A stretch of DNA of 64,000 nucleotides from Sminthopsis crassicaudata. Taxonomy: Eukaryota. Below are positions 1-12,033 of the stretch, one piece after another. The translations under genes were made by a program, and so were the position numbers. Every line of letters starts with the position of its first letter. The stretch's first letter is position 1. The stretch lies in NCBI RefSeq assembly GCF_048593235.1, contig NC_133621.1, forward strand, positions 101,795,148-101,859,147. Reading direction: 5' to 3'. Below the pieces are notes generated by a model, which searched no databases, had not been told where the DNA came from, and saw only the letters and a list, made by a program, of their open reading frames with translations.

Positions 1-263
1 AAGAACCTCTGGTTTAAGTTGAATTCATAATTGCATTGTCATTTTATTTGAATATGAAAGAGTAAAATATTCCGTAAAAATCAAATGCACAACCATATTG
101 TTATTTTAATTTACCTGAAAATAAATGACAATCCTGATTGATTTTTTTCCTTTTGCAATTGTTGTTTTGGTAACATGGAAATATAACCTTATTTTAATGA
201 CTTATGAAGTTTCTAAGGCTATAAAATGTTAACTTATTTGGGCTTTAAAAAATCCAGCTTCTA

Positions 264-430
264 GGGGCAGGTAGGTGGTGCAGTGGATAGAGCACCAGCC
301 CTGAAGTTAGGAGGGCCCGAGTTCAAATCTGATCTCAGACACTTAACACTTCCTAGCTGTGTGACCCTGGGCAAGTCACTTAACCCCAATTGCTTCAGCA
401 AAAACAATCAAACAAATAAATAAAAAGAAA
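264..430 (+). mobile_element. tRNA-derived CORE-SINE (WSINE1-like)
   Basis: ggggcaggtaggtggtgcagtggatagagcaccagccctgaag...gagttcaaatc (A/B boxes), core tagctgtgtgaccctgggcaagtcacttaaccc, A-rich tail. Near-identical to copies at 1671, 26501, 33066 and 62330. Confidence 0.9.
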
Positions 431-499
431 CAATTCAAAGAACATTAGACTCCTGTGACTCAGTGTCAGAAGATTAAAAGTAGGTTTCTGGTTCTGAAT

Positions 500-1520
500 T
501 TTGTTAAGTAACCTCCCACATAAGAATATGAAGGTATTGAAGTACTATGGTGCCATAAGGTAAGACAAGGTGGATAATTTCAGAAAAACTTGAAAAGACC
601 TGTGTAAAATGCAGAATGAAGTATATAGAATTAGTAGAATTAATTATAACCACTTATAAAAATGATAAATTTGAAAGACTTGAGCATTTTGATCAATACA
701 ATGACCAGCCTTAATTCCAGAGGACCCAAAATAGAGAATGCTACCCAATTCCTTACAGAGATACAGATGGATTAAATATGCAGAATTTTATTTTTGGACT
801 TGGTCAGTGTGAGCATTTGTTTTGCTTGGCTATGCATAATTAATTGTTATAAGATTCTTTTTCTTTGAAGGAAGAGGAAGGTGAAAATGCTTGTTAATTG
901 AAAACAGTTTTAATTTTAAGTAAATTAATCTTTTATGAACCTCAATGTCTTTATCTGTAAAATAGGAATGATATTACTTGTACTACTATGGATCAAAGTA
1001 CCTCTGACATCCCTTCTATTTTTAGTGCTGTGCTCTCGTGTTCTTAGGTTATTATTGTATAAATTGTTCTCTTGGTTCTGTTTACTTCATTTTGTATCCA
1101 TTCATTTCAATCTTACCTAGTTTTTCTGAAACTTTCTCATCATGGTACAATAATATACTGATATATTAATATATCTGTATTCCATTATATTAATATAATT
1201 TGTTCAAATATTTCCCAATTGATGGGCACACCTTAATTTCCTGTTCTCTGCTCCTACTAAAGATGCTGCCAAAAATATTTTTTAACATAAGAGTCCTTTT
1301 CCTGTTTTTTTGATCTTTTTGTCATACAGGCCTATTAGAAGTATCTGTGGGTCAAATGGCATGCATAATTAATGACTTTTTGGGCTTGATTCCAGACTAT
1401 TTTCTAGAATGACTGCACCAATTCAAAGTTCTACTAATGATGTGGTAACGTGCCTATTTTCATACAACCTTTCTATCACAAGTCATTTCCCCTTTTTTTC
1501 TTCATTTTAAAAATGGCTAT
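500..1520. mobile_element. Old L1 3' fragments (+ at about 500-910, - at about 1100-1520) with a MIR-like tail between
   Basis: L1 ORF2 C-terminal and 3'UTR-like text (gaagtactatggtgccataag; reverse-strand ttgatgggcac..., ctgggtcaaatggcatgc). Boundaries approximate. Confidence 0.6.
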
Positions 1521-1544
1521 TTCCTTTTAGAAATTTTTCTCTCA

Positions 1545-4020
1545 GGAAGGATTCTGGAAAGATGGTAGAATAGGTTGATAGATTTCAAGCTCTCTTGATT
1601 TCCCCACAAATAGAATAAATTTGTGCCTCAAGATGAACATAGATGTGAGAAATCAAGAAGATTTGGGGCAGGGGCAGCTAGGTGGCGCAGTGGATAGAGC
1701 ACCAGCCCTGAATTCAGGAGGACCCGAATTCAAATCTGGTCTCAGACACTTTCTAGCTGTGTGACCCTGGGCAAGTCACTTAAGCCCAGCCTCGGGGGGG
1801 GGGGGGGGGGGGAGAAAGAAGATGATTTGGGGCAGAACTGGGGTCGTCTTGGTACAACCCAACAAGATCTGGAGAAAGACCCAGGGTTGGGATTAACCCA
1901 TGTGAAGTGCAATCACCTTTACACTGGTTCCACTGAAACATCAGGTGGGCTACCTGGGTGTGGCTGGAGCCTCAGAAGGGACCCCAGAGACTTTCACCTC
2001 CTGGAGTGTTTGTCTAGTCAGGGTTTGAGACCGGAAGACTGAGGGAACCTCATCTGATTAGGAACATCAAGCCCCATGTGCTGCTGAGACGGGCCCTGGG
2101 CGAGGAGGAGCCAGCACCTGCTGAGTGCAGGAGAGAGGACCCTGCTGACTGTGGGCACTTGTAGGAGAATGGAGCTCTTGGTTTGGGGTTCCTGATCAGA
2201 GTGAAGAACTGCTGAAGGAAAACTTGAGGCAGCATCCCCTACCCCACTTATACTAATATCTCTTATTTAAAAAAAAAATGAACTGGCAAAGAAGAAAGAA
2301 TCCCACCATAGAAACATACTATGAGAACAGGGAAGACCAGGATTCATCTTCAGAGGAAGATACTTTAATAAAAGAAAAAGTTTCTATCCCAAAAAATGAC
2401 ATAATTTCAAAGAACTCAAAAAAGAGTTAAAAAATCAAATAAGAGACCATGAGAAAAAAAAAAACAAAATATAAAAAATAAAAATCATCCAAAGAAAACA
2501 AGATTATGAAAAAAAAGTTAACTAGGTAGAAAATGAGATAGAGTCTCAAGATGAAAATAATTCTTTGAAAATTAGAATTGGGCAAGGGGAAGCCAGGAAG
2601 CTATGAAAGACCAAGAAATAACGAAACATTATGAAGAGTGAGAGAATGGAGCAGAATGTGAAACATCATATGGGGGAAACCATGGATCTGAAGAATAGAT
2701 CAAGAGGAGAGAATATAGGAATTATTAGACTTCCAGAAAGTTGTGACCAAGAAGAGAACCTTGACACAATAACGCAGTAAGTAGTCTAGGAAAGTTGTCC
2801 TGGAATGCTAGAACATGTGGGGAAAGTAGAAATGAAAAGAACCCACTAATCATCACCTCAAAGAGATCCTTTGTGGAAAACACACAGGAATATTACTGCT
2901 GGGTTTCGAGGCTCCTGAGATCAAGGAGAAATTTTTTCAAAAAACTTGAAAAACACAATTCAGATGTGCTGGAGCTACAATTGGAATTGTACAGGATTTA
3001 GCAGCAGCTACAGTAAAGGATCGCAGGTTCTAGAATCTCATCTACTAACAATTGGAGGAATTGGTCTTGTGGCCAAAAATATCACATCCAGCAAAGTTAT
3101 CTATGATTTTGAATGAGAAAAGTGGACATTTGGTGAACTTGAAGATTTTCAGGACTTTCTATCAACCAAGCCCAAACTTAGCAGACAATTTAACATATAA
3201 GAGCCACTATCAGGGATCAGTTTTAAAGAACTTAACATGGACAAATTGTTTAAACATAGACAATTGTTTTTTACATGAGAAACTCTGTTTAAGATTGACA
3301 TCAACAATAGAGTAGCTCAAAAGAAAGATTGGCAGAGTTAAGGTAAAAATAGTAATCATGTCATTCAAATGAGGTGTGAAGGAAGAATAGACCCAGAGGC
3401 ATTAGAGTGGGTTGGAGGGCTCATAGTTCTGAAAACCGACTCGCATCGGGAATGGGTTCAATAGGCAACACTACATATATACCATGAAGGCTATAGCACC
3501 CTCCCAAGTCTACAAAGAAATAAAGCAGGAGAGATGAATGGATGAAGAAGCGAAAAGGAAGGGATCCTTGACTGGGGGGAGGTTAAGGAATAGCAAGGCA
3601 AGTTATGGAACAGAGTTTAAGCCAAGAGTTAGCAGGGATAAGAAAGATAGGCATGTGTTTGTGTGGGGGGATGGATGGATGTATATATCTACATATCCAT
3701 ACATAAATATATCTTTTCTTAACTATAGCCTGCTTGGTTGTGTTGGGGATGAGAAGGAGAAAAAGAATAAACCAAATAAGCAAAGTAGCAGAGAACCAAA
3801 AAACAATTTGCAAGGAAGCAAAGGAAAAAATGGACATTCATAATATTTCTTCTATTAATATATATACACTTTCTTGATCTGATCATTTGTGGCTATATAT
3901 TTTGAATCCTCCCTGATGTTCTACTGGGTACATAACAATGTTCTTTCTTATTTTGTTTTGCATTCCTCTTCTGTTTTTATTTCTTATTGTTTTTGCAAAT
4001 AGAATAAATTTTTTAAAAAA
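1545..4020 (+). mobile_element. ORF1-only L1 derivative (HAL1-like), degenerate
   Basis: L1-type 5' start (ggaaggattctggaaagatggtag). Broken ORF1 from the ATG at 2278 (MNWQRRKNPTIETYYENREDQDSSSEED..., KNRSRRENIGIIRLPESCDQEENLDTI, LWPKISHPAKLSMILNE). About 800 nt of non-ORF2 sequence follows, then AATAAA and an A-tail near 4020. No endonuclease or RT remnant. Confidence 0.65.
1671..1823 (+). mobile_element. WSINE1-like SINE nested in the L1/HAL1 5' UTR, with a G19 tail
   Basis: Exact 11-bp TSD GATTTGGGGCA at 1660-1670 and 1824-1834. G-run at 1794-1812. Confidence 0.9.
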
Positions 4021-4139
4021 GTTTTCCTCTCCAGTCTACTGTCCACCTCTCCAGAGCTACTAAAATGATTTTCATGAAGCATAGTTCTAACTTTATCACT
4101 CTAGTGACTCCCTAGTACCTCTTTTTGTCGTTTAAAGTC

Positions 4140-5050
4140 ATCCCTGCAATAGTTTGATTGCTTGGCAGTTGACTCAAGAAGGGACCTCAGACGCTTACCT
4201 TAGCAGGTGACCTTCAGAATCTTCCTAAGATAATTCAAATGGAAGCGATGTTGTTTCCTGACGTGCTGCTGATGGACTGTCCAGGTTTCCCAAGCTCTGT
4301 CAGCACAATGGCTCGGGAAACCTTCAAGTGGTAGGGAGTCTAAAACCTCTTCTCTCTCACACCTTCCTTCAGAATCTTCCAGACACTGAGGGAGTTCTGG
4401 CACATCAACATCAACCTTGGTGGATGTACTCCAGGAAAGCATACTCCCAAGGGAAAGGATGTTATCGCAGCATTCAGAATTTCTCCATTTGCCGTAACCG
4501 TGAGCGCCGTGCCGGCTGGTGGAGAACCTTTGTCCTCCTGATTTTGATTGTTCACAATTAGCACAAGAGGCAAAGAACCAGTCCATACCAGTTACTGGTA
4601 GCCAACCTTGATGCCTTTTTTATCCCCTTTGAAGATGTCTGACAATATCATGTTCTATATGTATTGGATTACTTGCCATCTTGGAGAGAGAGTGGGGGAA
4701 AGCAGGGGAAAAATCTGAAACACAAGGCTATGCAAGGGTCAATCTTGAAATCCGTGCATGTTTTGAAAATAAAAAGCTTTTTTAAAAAAGAAAAAAAAAA
4801 ACAAACATCATGATAAAAAGCATGGGAACAAGCACACAGCCCTGATTCACTCCACTGGCAACAGGAAAGCGTGAGAGTATCTTCCATTATCCAGAACCCA
4901 AGCAAGCATGGAATTGGCACATAATACTGATGGACTTCTCTGGGCAACCACATTTTGCCATGATCTTCCACAAGTCCTCACAGCTAACAGTATAAAAGGA
5001 CTTCGTCGAATCAATGAGTGCCATATACAGACCTTTGTTCGTTCCTCACA
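4140..5050 (-). mobile_element. RTE-clade LINE fragment (RT domain), interrupted by an L1 3' end at about 4640-4800
   Basis: Degenerate minus-strand translations: ETWTVHQQHVRKQHRFHLNYLRKILKVT, and a frameshifted stretch resembling LYMA.ID..K.F.TVS.EDLWKIMAKCGCPEK.ISI...G...GC.L.PMLF. Both are typical of RTE/BovB-type RT and its C-terminus. Confidence 0.8.
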
Positions 5051-5130
5051 TTTCTCCTGGAGAGAACAGAAGGGAGTGCAGAAAAGTGGAAACTTTTGAA
5101 AGTAACATGTAGAATTTTTATATACATATC

Positions 5131-5214
<84 letters not shown>
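5131..5214. repeat. Compound microsatellite (TG)13(TA)29
   Basis: Directly visible. Confidence 0.97.
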
Positions 5215-5218
<4 letters not shown>

Positions 5219-5351
5219 TAGAAGCAAATGCTGGAAATATATGGTTTCTGATAGAATCCTTTTCAATATTCTACATTGTGGAAATGCACTTTTGTATATT
5301 TAAGATGAAAATAAAAAATTAATTTTAAAAACATAAGAAGGCATGAAAGTA

Positions 5352-5769
5352 CCTAGAGAAGAGCTAACCAATTCCAATTGATCAATGATGGACAGAATCA
5401 GCTACACCAGAGAAGGAACACTGGGAAATGAGTGTAAACTGTGAACATTTTTGTTTTTTTTTTTTTTTGTTTTTCTTCCCGGGTTATTTTTACCTTCCGA
5501 ATACAATTCTTCCTTTGCAACAACAACAACAACAACAAAATTTGGTTCTGCACATATATATTGTTCCTAGGATATACTATAAGATATTTAATATGTATGG
5601 GAATGCCTGCCATCTAGAGGAGGGGGTGGAGGGAAGGAGGGGAAAAATTCGGAACAAAAGGGAGTACAAGGGATAATGTTGTTAAAAATAATAATAATAA
5701 AATTACCTATGCATTTGTACTATCAAAAAAAGTTATGATTATAAAATTAATAAAAAAATAAAAATAAAA
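5352..5769 (+). mobile_element. Young 5'-truncated L1 3' end
   Basis: Perfect 17-bp TSD AAGAAGGCATGAAAGTA (5335-5351 and 5770-5786), AATAAA plus A-tail. Homologous to the L1 text at the end of the window (gttgatcaatgatggacaga...agagaaggaacactggga). Confidence 0.88.
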
Positions 5770-6917
5770 AAGAAGGCATGAAAGTATTTTGATATGCATT
5801 CAGAGAAGATGTACCCATGTTGATGAAATCACAGATCTACCTAAAATGTTGTGGATTATAACTGAAGAATGACTAAACTCTTCTTTAAGCATCTTATTAT
5901 TTGATGCAAGAGAAGGTGGGGAGGAGAACAAACATTTAACTACCTGCTATGTGTCAGGTACTTTGCTAAGCATTTTTAAAGTATTAACTCATTGACCCCC
6001 ACAAAAACTCTGGGAGGTAGGTGCTATTCACATTCTCATTTTACAGATAAGGAATGTGGTATCTCCCAGTCATTAAAGAACAGATAAGATCCTATATTAT
6101 ATAGGTCACATCATGTGCTATTTCACCAGATTTTAAGACCGTGTAGTCTTAAGTTATGTTGGAGAATGTTATCTGTTATTCTATTGTGGGTTATTTTATT
6201 CTATTCTTTTATTCTATTATTCTAAGTGGATTATCAGCTGAAACTTGGAAATCTTTTAGTTATATAGACACATTTATTGTAATGAAATTTAATCTGTACA
6301 AATATTTATTCTTCTATAAGTTTTTAGGTCCAAAGCTTAATAATTAAAAATAAAAAAATAACTGTCTCTCTTGATCCATTTACCAATCAAGCACATAATC
6401 TTAAACACTGCTAATGAGATTATTTGAAGTCATTTTTGACATAGTAGCAGTTCTCTACTTCTGAACACTCACTTGACTAAAGATTACACACAAATAGCTT
6501 CATTTCCCATCTAGAGAAGAAGTATCAGGACTTGGAAAAATCCAAACCCTCCATTTTGCAGATGAAGGAACTGAAATGCAAGATGAAACTCAAATTCAGA
6601 GTCATCATTGGATGAAAATTCTTAATAAATACTTTTTCATTTATTTCCAAATTAAAGGTTTTGAACCTGAGAGAATGGAAGAATGAAGGATATTAATAGA
6701 ATCTTACGGGTGTTATTGAACGTGAAGTATTTATAGAACCATTGTACAGGTCAAATTTTATTATAATAAATACCAGGACAATAAAAAAATCTATATAATT
6801 AAAAGATTTCCAAGTTTCATATACTAAGGATAAAATTCAAGATAACATATTCCAGTGTTGCCAAAGAGGTTACAATAAAACATTCAAGTAGAAATGTTTA
6901 ATAGAAAAGAAGTAGAG

Positions 6918-7085
6918 GAGCAACTAGGTGACACAGTGGATACAGCACTAACCCTGGAGTCAAAAAGACCTGAGTTCAAATTCCACCTTGGGATACTTAC
7001 CAGCTGTGTGACTTTGGGCAAATCATTTAACCCTGTTTTACCTCCAAAAAAAAAACCCAAACAAACCCCAAAACAAAAGCAAACC
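6918..7085 (+). mobile_element. Older CORE-SINE
   Basis: Diverged tRNA head (aggtgacacagtggatacagcac...gagttcaaat), core and A-rich tail. Confidence 0.75.
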
Positions 7086-8317
7086 AAAAATACCTGGAGT
7101 TTTTGGAGACCAAGTGAAAGTTTGTGACTGGAGAGGTAAATTTTCTGGGAAAGTGATAGTGGAAGCCATGAGAATGAATGAGAACTTTTTGAATGACAGA
7201 ATGTATAAAGAGAAGGGCTCCTGACTAAGGTACAGAAAGACTTATTAAAAGATTGAGAACTAGGTCAATGATGTGTTATGGAACCCAAGAATGGCCTGGT
7301 GTACACAATCAATACAACACAGTCAAGGAGAATGGAGAAAGTTGGGAAGGTGTCCTGGCTCCAACCCTTACTTCCTATTAGACCAGGGGCACATCATCTA
7401 ATATCTGTTTAAAAAAATTGTAAATTTTTGGGTAATATGAGGTATTTATATTATCTATCACACACGACCAGTTGTGATACTGATAGAATTTAAGAAAATT
7501 TCACACTACCTCAATTGCCTAACAGATTCCTTCTTCCTGAGAAGAATCCAGACATCCCCAAGTGATACACCAAGAATGACTCAACCAGTGTGTATCAGAA
7601 TTGAAATTTGCACCCAGTTCTTCATGATTTTATATCCGTTACAAATGCTTCTGATTTAGTAGTCCCAGAACCCTTTGAGAGTTCAGAACAAGGGCCCAAG
7701 GACTTTGCACTGCACATTTTTTAATGAACTATACAATAAATAATTGCCTAATTATGTTACAAACATATTTTTCTTCTGTGACAATCAGCATAAGCACATT
7801 TGAAGCATTATGGGTTTGTTTCTACAATGATTTGGAGCTTTGGGGGTCAAAAGTTATCATTGTTGTTATTGTACATATTTAATGAATAAATTTAAAACAA
7901 TATTATGAGTAGTATATTATACCAGGGATTCACAACACATTTCTGTTGTTAATGATAGTGATGATGATGATGAAAAGGGGTTCAAGGAACTAAAAAAGTT
8001 GTGAACCAATGCTGTCTCTCATTAGTAACAACAATAATATATATTGTAGGTATTATGTGCATATATTATGTATAAGACATAAATTGTAAGAAAGAAATAT
8101 GGAAGGCACCCCCCTCTGCTTGCTCTGAGGTCTAAGAATTATAGGTCTGTCTCAAGTTTTTCCCTTAGGTATGGAGCTTAGAAACATGAGATTTAGAAGT
8201 GAAGTTAAGGCAATAATATATCATGCTTGTATCACTCTCCATTCTGGGCTGATTTGTGTTCTTGTTATTTCCCTTCCTGCCCGTCCTCCCACCCGTTTTC
8301 TTCCTTAAATACTCCAG

Positions 8318-8445
8318 GAAGTCATATGAGTTTGAGGACCTCCTGCAGTCTTCGTCTGAGAGCAGCAGAGTGGACTGGTACGCACAGACCAAGCTGGCAC
8401 TCACACGCACTTTATCTGAGGAGAACATCTACGAGGACATTCTGG
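8318..8445 (+). CDS. DENND2A: DENND2A coding exon (128 nt, phase 2 to 1)
   Basis: actccag|G AAG TCA TAT...ATT CTG G|gtaag; KSYEFEDLLQSSSESSRVDWYAQTKLALTRTLSEENIYEDIL. Confidence 0.95.
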
Positions 8446-11400
8446 GTAAGAGGCTGGAGCCGGGGGAGTTGGTGGAAAGGGCAGTTTGTGAGGCGAAGGG
8501 CCCAGTAGAGAGCGGGAAAGAGAAGGGGGGCTGGGAAGGAGGCCTTCACTCTAAAATACTTATTTCCAAGGAGATAAGGATGGTCAGAGAGATGAAAGAA
8601 AGAGGCTGGTAAATGAGAGAACAGGCAGAAAATGAAAATGTGAAAGGAAGTGAAACCCAAGGGGAGAGAGTGATTTCCCAAAGATTGACCAAAATATATA
8701 TATATATATCCAGTTTTTTCAGAAACTGGAATGGTAGAAAGGAAAGAACCACGGTCAGAGCACCTCATTTAAATCCTTCCTCTCATACTTATCGCCTGGA
8801 CACTTACTACTGGACCTTAGGCAAGGCACCTCATCTCTATGAGCCTGTTTCCCCATCTGTGAAGTGGATTAAATAACCTTGAGTCCCTTCCAGCTCTATA
8901 TCTGTACCTGGGTCTAGATCTATAAGTCTCTGTTTAATCAGAGGCTAACAAAGAAATATAATATGGCACCAAAATGGTAGGAATAGGATATCTGTAAAGG
9001 AGATAAAAAACTTTTTCCTGCTTTAGGAGAAATATCCAAAATGCCGAAGTGGGGTCTGAGTTAAGGAGGGAGACGTAATCTTGTGAGATCTGAGACTTAA
9101 TTTCCCAGTTTTCACAAAATGGAAAAAAAAAAAAAAAAGGCATCACAAGCTCTTAAAACTGGAAGAGATTCAGAGGTCATCTAAAATAAATGAATCTTCA
9201 GCCATCTTTTGAGAACCTCCAGTGATGAGAAATGCATGGATTTCACTTTTGAACAGACCTAATTATTAGGAAGTTTCCCCCTTATATAGAAGCAAAACCT
9301 GCTGACTATGGCTTGTAGTTTTGCCTTCTGGGGCTAGTCATTCAGCAGGGAGTCAATAAGCATTTATTAAATGGTTACTGTGTGTCAGGGACTGTGTTAA
9401 GTGTTGGGGATGCAAAGAAAGGCAAAACACGGTCCCTGTCTCGAGCTTATAGTCTAAAGGGCAAAAAGAAAACAAAATATAATCCTATTTTATGACATCA
9501 TGTATAAAATGTATGTATAGAAAAGATGGCCTGGATTTAAGGAATCTTAAAGCCATACAAGAACTAAGTTAAAAAGAAATACAAGGCCAAAATGGAAATT
9601 TAAAGCAGAGATGTTAATTTGTTTGAGCATCAGTGATCTTCAAGACTATTTTCTTAACTAGTTTCACTTACATAAAATATAAGAAAAAGCCATCAAAAAT
9701 TCCCTAAGTTCAAACTGAACATTTGAAATAACAGTAGTTCATGTTTATGTAGTGCTTTGCAAAATATCATTGTTACAGCAATCCTGTGAGATAGATAGTG
9801 GAAGTATTATTATACCCATTTTTACGTGAAGGGGCAGAAGTTCAGAGAGGTTGGTTGAGTTGCCCAAGATGACACAGGTAATAGGCAACAGAACTGGGAT
9901 GGAGGCCCCTGACCTGTTGCCTTTGACTGCAGATCCACCACTGAAGGAGAATCCCTATGAGGACATTGAGTTACATGGTCGCTGTCTGGGAAAGAAGTGT
10001 GTCCTGAACTTTCCAGTGTCCCCTACCTCCTCCATCCCTGACACTCCCACCAAGGTAGGAGAGCAGCATGTGGCAAAGACTGGGGGAGGGGGAGTCTGAG
10101 CTTTTTGAGTGTGGGAATTCCACTGGCTCATCATTCCTCTAGAGCACTTCATCCAAGCTCCAAAGACTTCCACCTGGATGGTGGCTGTATCTACCCAACT
10201 CTAGGTGGGCTCCCCACATCTGATTCATCAGTAAATTAGATTCAGCTTCCTAAAAACCTGCTTTCATGATATCCTCTCTCCAAATATCAGAGAATAAGAT
10301 GTTCAAGGAAGATTTAAGTCCTCTTAAGTTTAAATCACAGCACTTAGGTCTATCTATGATTTTATCAATGTGAGTTAACCTCTGCCAGAGCAAATCCCAA
10401 TACTTTCTTTTCCTGCTAGCTGTATCACATGCCTTTATAAAAATTTACTGGTATAATTTTTTAAAATCCCAAAGTTCTGAAATTAAGGAGTGATTATTCA
10501 CATTATGAACAAATTCATTGCTTTACAAAGAAGACCCATTAAAAGCTGTCCTTATAGGAGAAGGCACTTCTTCCCATTTCTTTGAAGAGGTGGGAGACTG
10601 TGGAAAACTGCATATGAAGTCAGATTCTATTGAAAGGGTAGGCTACTTTTGCCGAATAGGTTTTTTTTTAAAAATACTTTTGTATAAAGGCTCTTTGGGA
10701 GGAGGAAGGCTAGAAGGCAAGCCACTTTACAAATCTTAAAGTGCTATACAAATCTGAGCTAATATTATTATTTCTACATAAACCCTCTATTGTGATAAAA
10801 TTTAAAATGTAGATTTAATGTTAGGAAAAAAACTCATGGAATATCTTTTGTTTTACAGTTGAAGAAACTAAAAATTTAAATAACTTGCCCAAGACCACAT
10901 GGGTAGCAGGTCTGTAACATAGTTACAGGTCTGAATTCCAACCCATGTCTTCTGGTTCTTGGCCAAGGTATTGCCCCACAAACGTCCCTTGAGCATTTCT
11001 GTTTTCAATCTCACTTTATTCCTTTGGAATATCCTCTGCCCTCCTCTTTGCCTCTCCAACTTCCTTTCCAACCTTCAAAGGTTAGCTCAAAGCTCACCTC
11101 TTCAGGGAAGCTTTTGCACATCATCTCTCTCCTTATTTGAACTCTTAAAACACAATTGTCTTCTTCATTCAATTGGACATTAAATGGTTTATTATATTGA
11201 ACTATCTTGGATATTTCCCAATTATCAATATACATGGAACAGCAAAAGTTGATACATCATTAAGTACCAAAATGAGTTCAATTGTGCTTAGAACAATTCA
11301 ACTTAAATTATATTTTGAGTGTTGTGTTGTTTGAATTATGAAGTATTGTTAAGATTCTCTAGAATTCTTAACCCTCTCTATTGAAGGCACTAAGCACAGT

Positions 11401-11999
11401 CAAGAAATAAAAGCGCGAATTTATGTACCACAAACTGTGCTAAGGACTGAAAATATAACGACAAATGCAAAATCTGCCCTTAAGTGCCTTCTGTTTTATT
11501 GGAAGGAAATACCAGCAAATATATCTCTAGATCCCTCTCACTCTTAGGAATAGGGGAAAGGAATGAGAAGGACAGGTATTTGTTAAGGAGTCTATGAAAC
11601 ATTACATCTTAAGAACCTATATGCTAGAGGAAGAATATGAAGACATTGGAGGGATCCTCTGTGAAGGATGTATGGGAGAACCTAAATAAGTATCATTATA
11701 TGGGGTAAAAAAACAAAACAAAACATGGACAGGTTGCAGTCTACACCAGAAGAGGGAATAGCCACATTAATGAGATCTCTGAAGTATATTAAAGGGAAGC
11801 ATATCTGTTGGATGGTCCTCAGGCTGATCTCTTCCTGGATCAAAGGCTCCATTCCTTTTCTTCCCCTGAGACAACCTTCACTTTCCTTTTCCTTCCCTCT
11901 GTTTCCCCCATTTTCTACACCTATGCCCTTTCCATCTGGCTTCTTTCCTTCTAGCTGGACCAATCTTCCTTTTTCAACTCTGCTTTCTAGTACCCAGTT

Positions 12000-12033
<34 letters not shown>

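Noticed and set aside
264-340. tRNA genes suggested by A/B-box motifs
   Set aside because: These are SINE heads continuing into CORE sequence, with no cloverleaf.
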